Positions 10,418 through 20,494 are shown, counted from the stretch's first letter. The stretch: 64,000 nt of DNA from Candidatus Heimdallarchaeota archaeon (GCA_011364965.1 RDOB01000003.1:272939-336938), one strand, 5' to 3'. The notes: generated from the letters alone by a model not told the origin. Translations and numbers: made by a program.

Positions 10418-10795
10418 GTGAAGGTAATTAAAGATCAAAAACTTGATGCCATCGGAAAAATCGAAGAAGAACAAATGGAAAGATTAGCAAATCGTGCACT
10501 TATTCTTCTATCTTTTAAAGATACAAATACACAAAATCTAAGGTTTGTATTGAATTTATTAGGAATAAGATCAATTAAAGATAAAAAAGCTATCTTGGAA
10601 GAAATTTTTCGGTTAATTAGAGAAGGTATAGTATATGTACCAAAAGGCCTCCCTCAATTATTAGATAAAGGGTCTAATTTCAATATTGACAACGCTAATG
10701 ATCCAGAAAACATAGATTTATGCTTACTCTGTCCATATGATAAATTAATTGAAGAAATCCAAAAAGAAATAGCTATTATTAAGAAGAAATCTTGA
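10418..10795 (+). CDS. Hypothetical protein, paralog C of local three-member family
   Basis: Same conserved motifs as A and B. Confidence 0.8.
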   Translation: MKVIKDQKLDAIGKIEEEQMERLANRALILLSFKDTNTQNLRFVLNLLGIRSIKDKKAILEEIFRLIREGIVYVPKGLPQLLDKGSNFNIDNANDPENIDLCLLCPYDKLIEEIQKEIAIIKKKS

Positions 10796-10944
10796 TATTT
10801 ACCGCAAGCTCTTCCCTATGGGTTTATGTTATATTTTTCTCGTGTCTTAAGATCAATTCTTTTTAAATTCTTATAGAAGCTTTAAAAGCACATTAGGAGA
10901 ATTATTCACAATAAATCTCACTATATGAACAGAAGGTTATTATT

Positions 10945-12303
10945 ATGGTTTTTCCTATATCAATTTACTCTAAAGATGATTGGCTTAATTTAGTGCCAAA
11001 ATTTTTGATAACTTTGGCAATCGATGCAACAGAAGTTGAGGATGAATCCTTTCAAAGGTATATTGCCTCTACTCTTGAAGAATACTTTGCTAAAGACTCT
11101 ATTAGGTTCATAGAAGCGATCAAAAGGATTTTAACTCAAGGATCAGATGAAGGCAGATATGTTATAATAAAAAGCCTCATCTTCGCACGGAGTATTTGGG
11201 GGGATTTGGCCATAGCAGAGACATTCCAAATACTGTTAACAGAATTAGCACTATCCCCAGATCGTATATATGCAAAGAATGCTGCATTTCTTTCAAGTAA
11301 ACTAGAAGATATAAGAATTTCTAAACATAAAGATTTTAAACCTACAGTTCCTCTGGAAGAAGTAAAAGAGGTTTTGGATGTAGAAGAAGAGTTCTTTGGA
11401 AGCTTTGAAGCATCTCAGGCGAGAGCTGTAGAAGAACCGATACCATCTCCTACACCGAGTTCACAAGCTCCACTACAACCTAAATCCGCACCAGGAGCTC
11501 CTCCAATGCCATCAAAGCCAGCGACAGCACCTATAAAAGAAACAAAAGTAGAAAGAGAATTTGAAAGCAAGAAGCGAAAAAAATCAATAGAAAAAATGGA
11601 AGATGTGAAAGAAATTTCTGAAGGAACTGTTCATACACATGTCCATTACTATTCACGAATGAATCCAAGAAAGACTTATCCTTTTACTGTCACGCTTTCA
11701 ACTCTTGCTAAAGTACTTGCTCAAGATAAGGTTCACTTCCTTTCAGGAGAAGAAGAAAAGGAAACGCGTGGGGAATTCAAAGTTACAGAAACAACAAAAC
11801 AATTGATTGTAGAACCTCTAATTTCAGGGTGCCTTGCCCAACCTACTTTTCAATGGATAGACCCTAGCCCTAAAAACCTTCCCAAAGAGCTCACATTCTT
11901 CATAACACCATTAGTTGAGGCAGGATTTCGTTCGACACCCCTGAGGGGGGAATTGCTGATTAAAGATGATTTTGGCAACATACTGCTAAAACTAAAACTT
12001 CATGATCTTTCGGTCGTTAGCAATAGAATAAGTCAGGTATTAGCTTTAGTTGGAACAGTGGGAGGAGGAACAATGCCAGCATTGGATTTTCTGTTTGGCA
12101 TAGATCTGCAACTTCTCTTAATTCAACAGCTCCGAGAACAACTCCCTAATTTGGTTTCCAACATTGACCTTACATTGCTCTTAAGGGGAGCTCAATTATC
12201 ACTCTTTGTTGGAGCGATAGGATTAGGTATCCTTTGGTGGTGGCGAAAAGGACGAGCTAAATTGGCTCCAGAGCGTTCTACTCAATGGAAGATTCCTAGT
12301 TAA
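10945..12303 (+). CDS. Hypothetical membrane-anchored protein: helical N-domain, Pro-rich linker, beta-rich domain, C-terminal TMs
   Basis: Linker PIPSPTPSSQAPLQPKSAPGAPPMPSKP; C-terminal hydrophobic helices followed by WWWRK. Confidence 0.65.
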   Translation: MVFPISIYSKDDWLNLVPKFLITLAIDATEVEDESFQRYIASTLEEYFAKDSIRFIEAIKRILTQGSDEGRYVIIKSLIFARSIWGDLAIAETFQILLTELALSPDRIYAKNAAFLSSKLEDIRISKHKDFKPTVPLEEVKEVLDVEEEFFGSFEASQARAVEEPIPSPTPSSQAPLQPKSAPGAPPMPSKPATAPIKETKVEREFESKKRKKSIEKMEDVKEISEGTVHTHVHYYSRMNPRKTYPFTVTLSTLAKVLAQDKVHFLSGEEEKETRGEFKVTETTKQLIVEPLISGCLAQPTFQWIDPSPKNLPKELTFFITPLVEAGFRSTPLRGELLIKDDFGNILLKLKLHDLSVVSNRISQVLALVGTVGGGTMPALDFLFGIDLQLLLIQQLREQLPNLVSNIDLTLLLRGAQLSLFVGAIGLGILWWWRKGRAKLAPERSTQWKIPS

Positions 12304-12361
12304 TAGAAAAATTTGCCGAAAAATCTTACATCTAAAGTTAAGAAAATAAAAGGGACTCTTC

Positions 12362-13609
12362 ATGCAAGGTTGTATTATTAAATCATTTCCAAATTTACGT
12401 ACGTGTACATTAGGTATCGTTAATTATCATGGATCAGCACATGATACTGTTCCAGGGTCAACCCAAGTCCTATTACAAACATTAACAAGGGGATCGAAAA
12501 ATTACAGTGAGCAAGAAATTGCCAATATAATAGATGGAACTGGAGGAAGCTTATTTTCCGCAACAGAGAAAACTTTCTCCTTCTTAGGAGCACGAATTCA
12601 ACCTAAATTTGTATTAAAATCACTAGACCTTCTTATTGATATCCTAACCTCCCCAAATCTCGATCCTGAGAACATCGAAATTGAGAAACAAAATTTAATT
12701 CAAGTTTATGACCAAATAAATGCTCATCCCCTCAGGAAGATGCTTCTAATGGAAGCGGATAAAGCAATATTCGGCCCAGATCACCCATTTGGGAGAATGG
12801 TTATAGGCAATCCAGAATCTTTAGGAAAGATAGATGCCCAGATTATGAAAGAAACCCATAGCAAACTAATAGTAGAACCTTGGGGATTAGCTGTCGGAAA
12901 TTTTCCGAGAGAATTCCGAGACGAATTAATTAAAGCATTCGAAGAAAATTTTTTATGTTTAGAAAAGAAAAAAACTGAAAAATTAAAGATTCCTTCCCCC
13001 AAACTTACAAAAAACCATATAATAACATCCCCAATAAACCCAAACGGAAATGTATATCTTTGTTTAAATCTTACAACAGATGTAACCAAAAAAAGCATTA
13101 GTTTGGCGCGATTTTCAAGTTCTGTTCTTGGAGAGTCTTTTGGATCTAGGATGTTTTCCGAATTACGAGAAAAGAGAGGATTGGGGTATCTAGTGGGATC
13201 TTCTTTAAACTTGGTTGACAAATTCTTAACAATTCGATGTTATCTAGAAACTTCTCCAAATAGAGTCATTGAAGCACTCGAGGCACTACTCAAAATTATT
13301 TTTGATCTTGGTTTAAATAAAATTCCCATTAAGGAATTTCGTACAACAAGAGATTTCATACTAGGAAATCTGGACTTGAGTTTTGATAACTCCCAAATGA
13401 TTATGTCTAGAATTCTAAATCGTCAGATTTATGGTTTGTCTCCAAATCTGGACGAAAGCTATCGAGAAATTAAGGATGTAACTCCAAAAGGTATCCTAGA
13501 TTGGTGGAAAACTTTTCGAGACAACGGTAATTTAAGCTGCGCAGTAGTGGGAAATTTCGATGAAAATGAGTTAATTGGAAAATGGGAATCTTTACTTAAT
13601 GATCTCTAG
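12362..13609 (+). CDS. M16B (pitrilysin family) peptidase, non-catalytic subunit
   Basis: M16 architecture with 'SRMFSELREKRGLGY' R/Y motif; HxxEH replaced (STQVLLQT). Confidence 0.85.
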   Translation: MQGCIIKSFPNLRTCTLGIVNYHGSAHDTVPGSTQVLLQTLTRGSKNYSEQEIANIIDGTGGSLFSATEKTFSFLGARIQPKFVLKSLDLLIDILTSPNLDPENIEIEKQNLIQVYDQINAHPLRKMLLMEADKAIFGPDHPFGRMVIGNPESLGKIDAQIMKETHSKLIVEPWGLAVGNFPREFRDELIKAFEENFLCLEKKKTEKLKIPSPKLTKNHIITSPINPNGNVYLCLNLTTDVTKKSISLARFSSSVLGESFGSRMFSELREKRGLGYLVGSSLNLVDKFLTIRCYLETSPNRVIEALEALLKIIFDLGLNKIPIKEFRTTRDFILGNLDLSFDNSQMIMSRILNRQIYGLSPNLDESYREIKDVTPKGILDWWKTFRDNGNLSCAVVGNFDENELIGKWESLLNDL

Positions 13610-14927
13610 GAATGTATTTGAAGTGATTGATGAGCTTACCCTTTTTAAATTGGAAAATAATCTCAAAATTCAACTGGTCCCAATCCCAGAAGGAAGAACT
13701 GCATTATTTGCGATGGGGTTTTATGCTGGAGCTCTTTATGAAAAAGGATTCGGACAAGGATCAACTGATGGAATAAGTCATCTTGTAGAACATATGTTTT
13801 TTAAAGGAACTCCAAAATTGACTACAAAACAAGTAAATGAAGAATTTAGTAAGTTAGGTGCTGATTTAAATGCATATACAAGTTATGATCATACAGTATA
13901 TTATGCTAAAGTTCCTTCAAGGCATCTGGAACGAGCCTCTGAATTATGGAAAGACCTATTGACAAATAAAATGATTGATACTTCTGAATTCAATGCAGAA
14001 AAACAAGTAGTTTTACAAGAAATTCAATTATATGACGATATGCCTGATTACAAAGCTAGTACAAAAGCAAGAGAAGAGCATTTTAAAGGAACTCCTCTTG
14101 AACATTCTATTCTTGGAACAATAGATTCGGTTAAATCAATAACGAAAGATATGTTACAGGAATATTCAACCAATTATTACACATTTGACAACGCTATATT
14201 AACCATTGTAGGAGGTTTTGATCTTGAAAAACAGGAAAGAAATCTAAGGGCTCTCTTTAGCGATTCAATTAATTCTCCTCGCAATTCTCCACTTTTTCAT
14301 CCTCCGATCACCTTAAGAACACCTAAAAATAGCAAAATCACCTACTTCAATGAATCTAAACAATTACCATTAACTTATGTAACTTTAAATTGGGATATGC
14401 CAGGAACGAATAATCCATTATTTTTTCCACTACTCGTATTAAATACCTTCATAGGTAACTCACGAACGTCCTTGCTTTATCGGGAAGTTATTAGTAAGGG
14501 ACTAACGAGTACATGTCGATATGGCTTTGAACCGTTTTTTGATGTCTCCTCAAGCAGTATAATGTTTGTTAGCTCACCTGAAAAAACTAAAATGATTTTT
14601 GAAAGAATTTTAGATTTATTAATACAGGTTTACGAAATGAGAGTTACCTCAGATCTAGTAAAAAGAATTCAAAACGAAATCTGGGGAGATTATCAAACAG
14701 AAATCGAGGATCCAGCTAACTATGGGATCGATCTCACTCAAAAATACTTTAAACTACGTAAATCCTTTCCTGCGAATGTTTTTCTTACTCAACTAAACTC
14801 AATATCTACCGATGATGTTCAAAAGGCGAAAGACCAAGCGTTAGAGGAATTAAACCTTACTGTATATGCTACTGGGAATATCCCTAAAGATTGGGAACCA
14901 AGCTTTCCAGCTACGGCACCTTGGTAG
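13599..14927 (+). CDS. M16B peptidase, catalytic subunit
   Basis: 'GISHLVEHMFFKGT' HxxEH, 'NAYTSYDHTVYY', 'EKQVVLQE'. Confidence 0.92.
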   Translation: MISRNVFEVIDELTLFKLENNLKIQLVPIPEGRTALFAMGFYAGALYEKGFGQGSTDGISHLVEHMFFKGTPKLTTKQVNEEFSKLGADLNAYTSYDHTVYYAKVPSRHLERASELWKDLLTNKMIDTSEFNAEKQVVLQEIQLYDDMPDYKASTKAREEHFKGTPLEHSILGTIDSVKSITKDMLQEYSTNYYTFDNAILTIVGGFDLEKQERNLRALFSDSINSPRNSPLFHPPITLRTPKNSKITYFNESKQLPLTYVTLNWDMPGTNNPLFFPLLVLNTFIGNSRTSLLYREVISKGLTSTCRYGFEPFFDVSSSSIMFVSSPEKTKMIFERILDLLIQVYEMRVTSDLVKRIQNEIWGDYQTEIEDPANYGIDLTQKYFKLRKSFPANVFLTQLNSISTDDVQKAKDQALEELNLTVYATGNIPKDWEPSFPATAPW

Positions 14928-14951
14928 GTATCTGATTAAGAGGATTATACA

Positions 14952-15800
14952 ATGACATTTGTAACTGGTTTGACAATCCATAAATTAGGAACAATCTCTC
15001 CATCAAGTTTTGTTAAGGTTGCTTCAGCAATAAACCTAAATCACATCGAATTTGACCCTACAGTATTTGACGACATAAAAGAAGTCCTAAAAGTAATAAA
15101 AGCAAAACAAACCACTCTACACGCCCCTTATGTCGAGGATTATGGTGTTGATCTATCCTCCAAACAAGAGGTTGTTGAAAGATTTGTTAAAGATATAAAT
15201 TCCAATAAAATGCATTTAAATATCATTGGAGTTGTGATTCATCCTCCAATGGACGCTGGGGGATCACTTGACCTCTTTTATGATAGAATTGAACAACTTC
15301 CTCTTCCATTACTCGAAAATATGCCTTATCAATCATGGGATGAATTCTTATTTTTTGTAGAGGAAACAAAAGCTCATGTAAATTGTAAGTTAGGGATATG
15401 TTTTGATATCCCTCATTCGTTCATTCAGAATGGACTAGAATTCCTTAATCTACCTGAATATTGCTTAGATCATTTGAAATCCCCAAAGGGATATATTCAC
15501 TTATCAGGTGGATCAAGATATGAGGATACTCACTTCCCCCTTATAACAGAAGGAGAATTACCTTTAGATAAAATTAAAACGTTTCTAAGAGATATCAAAT
15601 TTCAAGGAACCATCACTTTGGAACTAGCTCCTCGTAATTTGAAAGATATTAATAAGATATTTCGTTCATTATCAATTATATATAGTATTGCGGGAAATAA
15701 GAGAAAAAAATTGCAATTAATAGTAAAAAGACCATTTATTATGCGGAAAATCAGGACTCTTCCCAGATATTCAGATTCAGAATCATTTAGGAGAGAATGA
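14952..15800 (+). CDS. Xylose isomerase-like/AP endonuclease family 2 TIM-barrel protein
   Basis: LHAP, VIHP, LENM, CFDIPH, IHLS, DTH, TLE metal-ligand pattern. Confidence 0.8.
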   Translation: MTFVTGLTIHKLGTISPSSFVKVASAINLNHIEFDPTVFDDIKEVLKVIKAKQTTLHAPYVEDYGVDLSSKQEVVERFVKDINSNKMHLNIIGVVIHPPMDAGGSLDLFYDRIEQLPLPLLENMPYQSWDEFLFFVEETKAHVNCKLGICFDIPHSFIQNGLEFLNLPEYCLDHLKSPKGYIHLSGGSRYEDTHFPLITEGELPLDKIKTFLRDIKFQGTITLELAPRNLKDINKIFRSLSIIYSIAGNKRKKLQLIVKRPFIMRKIRTLPRYSDSESFRRE

Positions 15801-17467
15801 TTGTGTTAAATGTGGAATGGTGGAAATCAGCAATTTTTTACCAAATATATCCACGATCATACGCTGATTCATCCAATAATGGTATTGGAGATTTGCAGGG
15901 AATAATGGGAAAACTCCCTTACATTAAAGATTTAGGGATAAACGCGATCTGGATTTCTCCATTTTTTAAGTCTCCAAAACAAGATTTTTCCTATGATATT
16001 TCGGATTATTATAAAATTGATCCTGAATATGGAACAATGAGTGATTTTGAAGATTTGATTGAAAAAGCTCATTCTTTGGATATCAAAGTCATTTTAGATT
16101 TAGTTCTTAATCATACATCTGATCAACACAAATGGTTCCAAGAATCAAGAAATAATATTAATAATCCAAAACGTAACTGGTACGTCTGGAGAGAGGGTAG
16201 AGGGCGCAATCGAAGATCCCCTCCGAACAATTGGAAAAGCATTTTGGGTGATTCAGCATGGAAATGGGATGAAATAACAGAACAATTTTACCTACACCAA
16301 TTTCTTCCTTTTCAACCAGATCTTAACTGGCGAAATCCTGAAGTCCAAGAGGAAATGTTTAACATATTCAAATACTGGTTGAATAAAGGAGCAGATGGAT
16401 ATAGATTAGACATAATTCATACACTTTTTGAGGATAAGGATTTCCGTGACAATCCAAGATCATTGAGGCTTTTCCCCTCTGATGAAAGTAATAGTAGTTT
16501 CTTCCAATCGCGAATCCACACTCAATTTCTACCTGAAACAGCAGAAATATGTAAGCGAATGAGGATTATAGCCGATTCTTATTCTCCTCCCAAAGTATTA
16601 ATGGGTGAAGCCACAGGTAATGCTTCAATTTATCGTTCACTTTTAGGTGAAGACAACGATGGAATCCATTTAATATTTCACTTTAAATTGAATAATGTGA
16701 AGTTCTCAGCAACCACCATCAAGCAAACGATTGAAGAAATGGAACATTTGTTACCACCTCCCGCTTGGCCTTGCCTAGCTTTTTCAAATCATGATATTAA
16801 AAGGATGATTTCTCGACTTGGAAACCACCAATATAAAGCCCGTTTGATGAGTTTATTATTATTAACTGTTAGAGCTACCCCAATCATATATTATGGAGAG
16901 GAAATTGGATTAAAACAAGTAAAAATTAACAATAAATATATTCAAGATCCAATTGCGTCCATGAAGTTCTTTGGTTTACCCTTTGGTAAATTTTTTGCTA
17001 GAGATGGATGCCGTACTCCCATGCGTTGGGATTCAAGTGTCAATGCAGGATTTAGCTCGGACACAGCAGTTTCATGGTTGCCAATTGGTCCAGAAATCGA
17101 TTTTTTAAATGTAAAATCTCAGGAAAAAGATCCCAATTCGATGCTTTCTTTTTTCAAAGAACTAATTAGAATTCGGAAGGCAAATGTGGCTTTTACTCTA
17201 GGCGAACTGAAAATTCTTCCAACTAATAATAAGAAAAGCTTCTGTTTTCAAAGAGTTCATAATCAAAACATTCTAAAAGTATTTATGAATTTTTCAGCTA
17301 AAACACTTGAATTAGAAAAAGACAAGGAAAATTTTGAAATAATATTCTCGAGCATTGATCTAAAGGAGCTATTTAGAGAAGAATCAAAACGGAATAGTTT
17401 GAAACCTTATGAAGGTATTATACTCAAAAAAATAATTAATGCTTACTCCTCCTCAAGGTCAAAATAG
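15797..17467 (+). CDS. GH13 alpha-glucosidase / oligo-1,6-glucosidase
   Basis: WWK.AIFYQIYPRS, DLVLNHTSDQH, QPDLNW, DGYRLD, NHD, RDGCRTPM. Confidence 0.93.
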   Translation: MIVLNVEWWKSAIFYQIYPRSYADSSNNGIGDLQGIMGKLPYIKDLGINAIWISPFFKSPKQDFSYDISDYYKIDPEYGTMSDFEDLIEKAHSLDIKVILDLVLNHTSDQHKWFQESRNNINNPKRNWYVWREGRGRNRRSPPNNWKSILGDSAWKWDEITEQFYLHQFLPFQPDLNWRNPEVQEEMFNIFKYWLNKGADGYRLDIIHTLFEDKDFRDNPRSLRLFPSDESNSSFFQSRIHTQFLPETAEICKRMRIIADSYSPPKVLMGEATGNASIYRSLLGEDNDGIHLIFHFKLNNVKFSATTIKQTIEEMEHLLPPPAWPCLAFSNHDIKRMISRLGNHQYKARLMSLLLLTVRATPIIYYGEEIGLKQVKINNKYIQDPIASMKFFGLPFGKFFARDGCRTPMRWDSSVNAGFSSDTAVSWLPIGPEIDFLNVKSQEKDPNSMLSFFKELIRIRKANVAFTLGELKILPTNNKKSFCFQRVHNQNILKVFMNFSAKTLELEKDKENFEIIFSSIDLKELFREESKRNSLKPYEGIILKKIINAYSSSRSK

Positions 17468-18546
17468 CCTCCAAATTTCGCATGGATTGCACATGTACCT
17501 TCAGTACCGACCATACAGGGGCCAACTGGAGTCTCTAATGTACACTTCCTTTTAAAAAGTGGACATTCTTCAGGATATATCTTGCCTAATATCACATCAG
17601 CACAACGGCACCCTTTAGGGATATCATCACCGATGGATTCTGGAATTTCTTCAATACAACGAATATTAGATCCCTTAAATTGCTCTGCAAGTTCATACCC
17701 TGAGTCAGCAACTAACCCTATTCCTCTCCATTGAGCATCAATAGTCTCAAATGCATTTGACATTGCTTTTAAGGCAATTTTATTTCCTTCACGTGTTACA
17801 ACACGAGTATAAAGATTCTCAGTTTTAGCAATATTTTTTTTCATTTGTTCTAATATTGAAACAATCCCCAACATGACATCTACAGGTTCAAAACCTGCCA
17901 CAACTATTGGAACATTGTATTTTGTGCTAATAGGCTCATATATTCCAGATCCAGTAATGGTGGACACATGTCCAGGAGCAATAAATCCATCCAGTGAAAA
18001 ATCAGGTTGTTTCATCAATAAGTGCATAGCAGGGGGAACAAGACGAAATGAGCTAAGGATAGAGAGATTAGAAGGAATATTCTGATTGAGAAGTTCAATT
18101 GCTACCATTGGAGATGTTGTTTCAAACCCAATCGCGAAGAAGACAATTTTCGATTTAGGATTTTTTTTGGCTAATTTAATAGCGTCTAAAAAACTGTAAA
18201 CAATTCTCACATCTCCACCCTCAGCTTTTGCGGAATTTAATGATCCGCTATTACTTGGTACCCGAGTCATATCTCCAAATGTTGTCAAAATGTAACCATT
18301 CTTTGAAAGCCAAATACATTCTTCAATATCCTTATTTGGACACACACATACTGGACAGCCAGGGCCAGCGATAACTTCTATATTTTTCGGTAATAAAGAC
18401 CGAAGCCCCCAATGTGATATCGTGTATTCGTGAGTGCCACATACATGGCAAATTTTTATTTTTTCATCAGTCAAACCGCTTACCAAGCTTTTTATTTTAA
18501 TCTGAAGCTTTTTTATGACAATTGGATCTTGAAATGACTGACTCAA
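17443..18546 (-). CDS. hypD: Hydrogenase maturation protein HypD
   Basis: HVCGTHE, GPGCPVCV, GFETT, PGHVS, PVGPCMV..EGTC; likely TTG start at 18546 after AGGAG. Confidence 0.96.
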   Translation of the reverse strand: MSQSFQDPIVIKKLQIKIKSLVSGLTDEKIKICHVCGTHEYTISHWGLRSLLPKNIEVIAGPGCPVCVCPNKDIEECIWLSKNGYILTTFGDMTRVPSNSGSLNSAKAEGGDVRIVYSFLDAIKLAKKNPKSKIVFFAIGFETTSPMVAIELLNQNIPSNLSILSSFRLVPPAMHLLMKQPDFSLDGFIAPGHVSTITGSGIYEPISTKYNVPIVVAGFEPVDVMLGIVSILEQMKKNIAKTENLYTRVVTREGNKIALKAMSNAFETIDAQWRGIGLVADSGYELAEQFKGSNIRCIEEIPESIGDDIPKGCRCADVILGKIYPEECPLFKRKCTLETPVGPCMVGTEGTCAIHAKFGGYFDLEEE

Positions 18547-18655
18547 CAGACAAACTCCTAGTAGATAAAGAGGAAGGGGCAATCTAATCTATATTACTTA
18601 AATTTAAAAAATTCTTCTTCCTCTAAAGAAGAAATAAAGATATGAAAGAAGATAA

Positions 18656-20023
18656 TTATGCTTCTTTCAAGTGCTTGAGGAATTTAGTCTTAATATCTTT
18701 CAGTTTATAAACTGAATTTGGAACTTCAACCTCAAAATCTTTATCAGTCTCACTCAACAGAATTATTTCATCATAATCCTCATTTGCAATTACATTTTTC
18801 AAACTTTTAGAGAACCCTGTTAGAAAAACAGAATCTAGATCATCTTTTGGACACAAAGCAACAAGAAATCTTTTTTCAGGTGAAGACAATGAAACAAATA
18901 CCCCATTGTTTCGATGGAGAACACAGGAACTAAACTTTGTTTCTTTTTTCACAATGGTTTTGATTTCTTTGCTGATTTCATTTAAATAAAGCTGATTAGA
19001 CTCAAGATTCTTTAGAATCGGGGACTTTCGTTCCTCTATGACACTAGCAAGCCATTTAATTGCTTCTCTGGGATTACCATGAGAAAAGGCATAAGCTGAT
19101 TCAACATCAGCCGTCCCCAATGGCCATAAGGCATTCTCTTTGGACAAGATGATCTCAAATTTTTGGTGAAATTCTTTCAGCATCTGTTTACTATAATCCT
19201 CGATATCAACCTTTGAAAAACGTTTCAAAACGACAGGTGGTTCAATACGACTTTGAACAGCCGTACTTGATAAATCTAGAATTTTATCCCACAATGTTGC
19301 AAGACAAGCTAAGCAGAGAAGGAAGTTACAAGCCTCATTATGCATTTTTTTGAGGGTTTCAAGAAATTGCAATTCAGCTTCAGGGCCCAAAGCAATGAAT
19401 AACGACTCTAATTCATCTACAAAAAAAATAACTGGTTTATCTACGATTTTAAGCATGATTTTTAAGGCAGCAAATGCAAGCTCCTCATCATCAAGAATTG
19501 TTCTTTTGAAATTTGCTGTTTCCTCATCCAAATCGAAACCTGTAAGCCATTTAAGTGCAATTTTGGACTGTTTCGGGTCTTTTAATGCAAAAAATGCTTC
19601 TACTACAATATTTCCAAGCCCACTATAATCTATTGCAGCATGTTCAATTTTTCCTTTGTATTTTTGCATAAGAGAATCTGCAATAAATTCTAATAAGGGA
19701 GCACCCCCTGCTTTAACCGTCTCAAAATAGAAATGGGAATAAACGCGATTAGGATTGGTTGGTACAGGAATGTAAACTACATAAGCATCAGGAACAGATT
19801 CTCTCAACACCCAATAGAAGTGAGTTTTTCCATATCCTGCTTCAGCAATTATTGGCAGAATAGCAGATTCTCTCTTCTTCTTTCGTATGATTTCTAGAAA
19901 TTTTTTTACATGCTGCAACGCTTCGTGATTTGGCTTGTTAAGATTGAATAGCTCGGGAATGTCAGATCGTGCAGTAAAATTATAGAATGGGTTTTCTATA
20001 ACCAATGAAGATACATGAGTCAT
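18656..20023 (-). CDS. AAA/P-loop ATPase (BrxC/BrxD- or Orc1-like superfamily)
   Basis: Walker A AEAGYGKTH, Walker B VIFFVDELE, 'AVQSRI' Arg finger, 'GNPRE' sensor motif. Confidence 0.78.
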   Translation of the reverse strand: MTHVSSLVIENPFYNFTARSDIPELFNLNKPNHEALQHVKKFLEIIRKKKRESAILPIIAEAGYGKTHFYWVLRESVPDAYVVYIPVPTNPNRVYSHFYFETVKAGGAPLLEFIADSLMQKYKGKIEHAAIDYSGLGNIVVEAFFALKDPKQSKIALKWLTGFDLDEETANFKRTILDDEELAFAALKIMLKIVDKPVIFFVDELESLFIALGPEAELQFLETLKKMHNEACNFLLCLACLATLWDKILDLSSTAVQSRIEPPVVLKRFSKVDIEDYSKQMLKEFHQKFEIILSKENALWPLGTADVESAYAFSHGNPREAIKWLASVIEERKSPILKNLESNQLYLNEISKEIKTIVKKETKFSSCVLHRNNGVFVSLSSPEKRFLVALCPKDDLDSVFLTGFSKSLKNVIANEDYDEIILLSETDKDFEVEVPNSVYKLKDIKTKFLKHLKEA

Positions 20024-20026
20024 TTT

Positions 20027-20494
20027 TTACGCCTCAAACATCATAAAATAAAATACTCCTGTTCCTGAATCCGATTCAATCCCGCCATTACCTGCAAATG
20101 ATTTGGACAAGGCAGTTTGAAGTGTTATAATTCCACGATCATGAAATTCCAAAATTTTTTCATCAAAAACTTGATCAGGTATTCTTTCTGATTGAAATCT
20201 CTTTCTAATATCTGGTATTTTAACTAGAGGTTTCATAGGAGTCGCTAGATCCTGATATGTCTCTTTTAAAATAGTTAAAAATTCTTTATCATCCATGGAA
20301 GTATTGGGATTCCTTTCTCTATCTAAATAACCTTTGCCATCCTCAGTTAAGAGATATATACATTTAGTACCTTTTTTCAAGTTCACAAATCCTTTATCAT
20401 GGAATTCCTGAAAAATTTCTTTCTCCTCATGAGTTCTAACATAGTATCCTGAATTCCCAAGGAAATTTAGAATATGGAGGTAAGAGTCGTGCAT
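20027..20494 (-). CDS. Tandem winged-helix hypothetical protein
   Basis: 'KGFV...YLLTEDGKGYL' wHTH wing; second domain 'LVKIPDIR...FDEKILEFHDRGIITL...GI'. Confidence 0.65.
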   Translation of the reverse strand: MHDSYLHILNFLGNSGYYVRTHEEKEIFQEFHDKGFVNLKKGTKCIYLLTEDGKGYLDRERNPNTSMDDKEFLTILKETYQDLATPMKPLVKIPDIRKRFQSERIPDQVFDEKILEFHDRGIITLQTALSKSFAGNGGIESDSGTGVFYFMMFEA

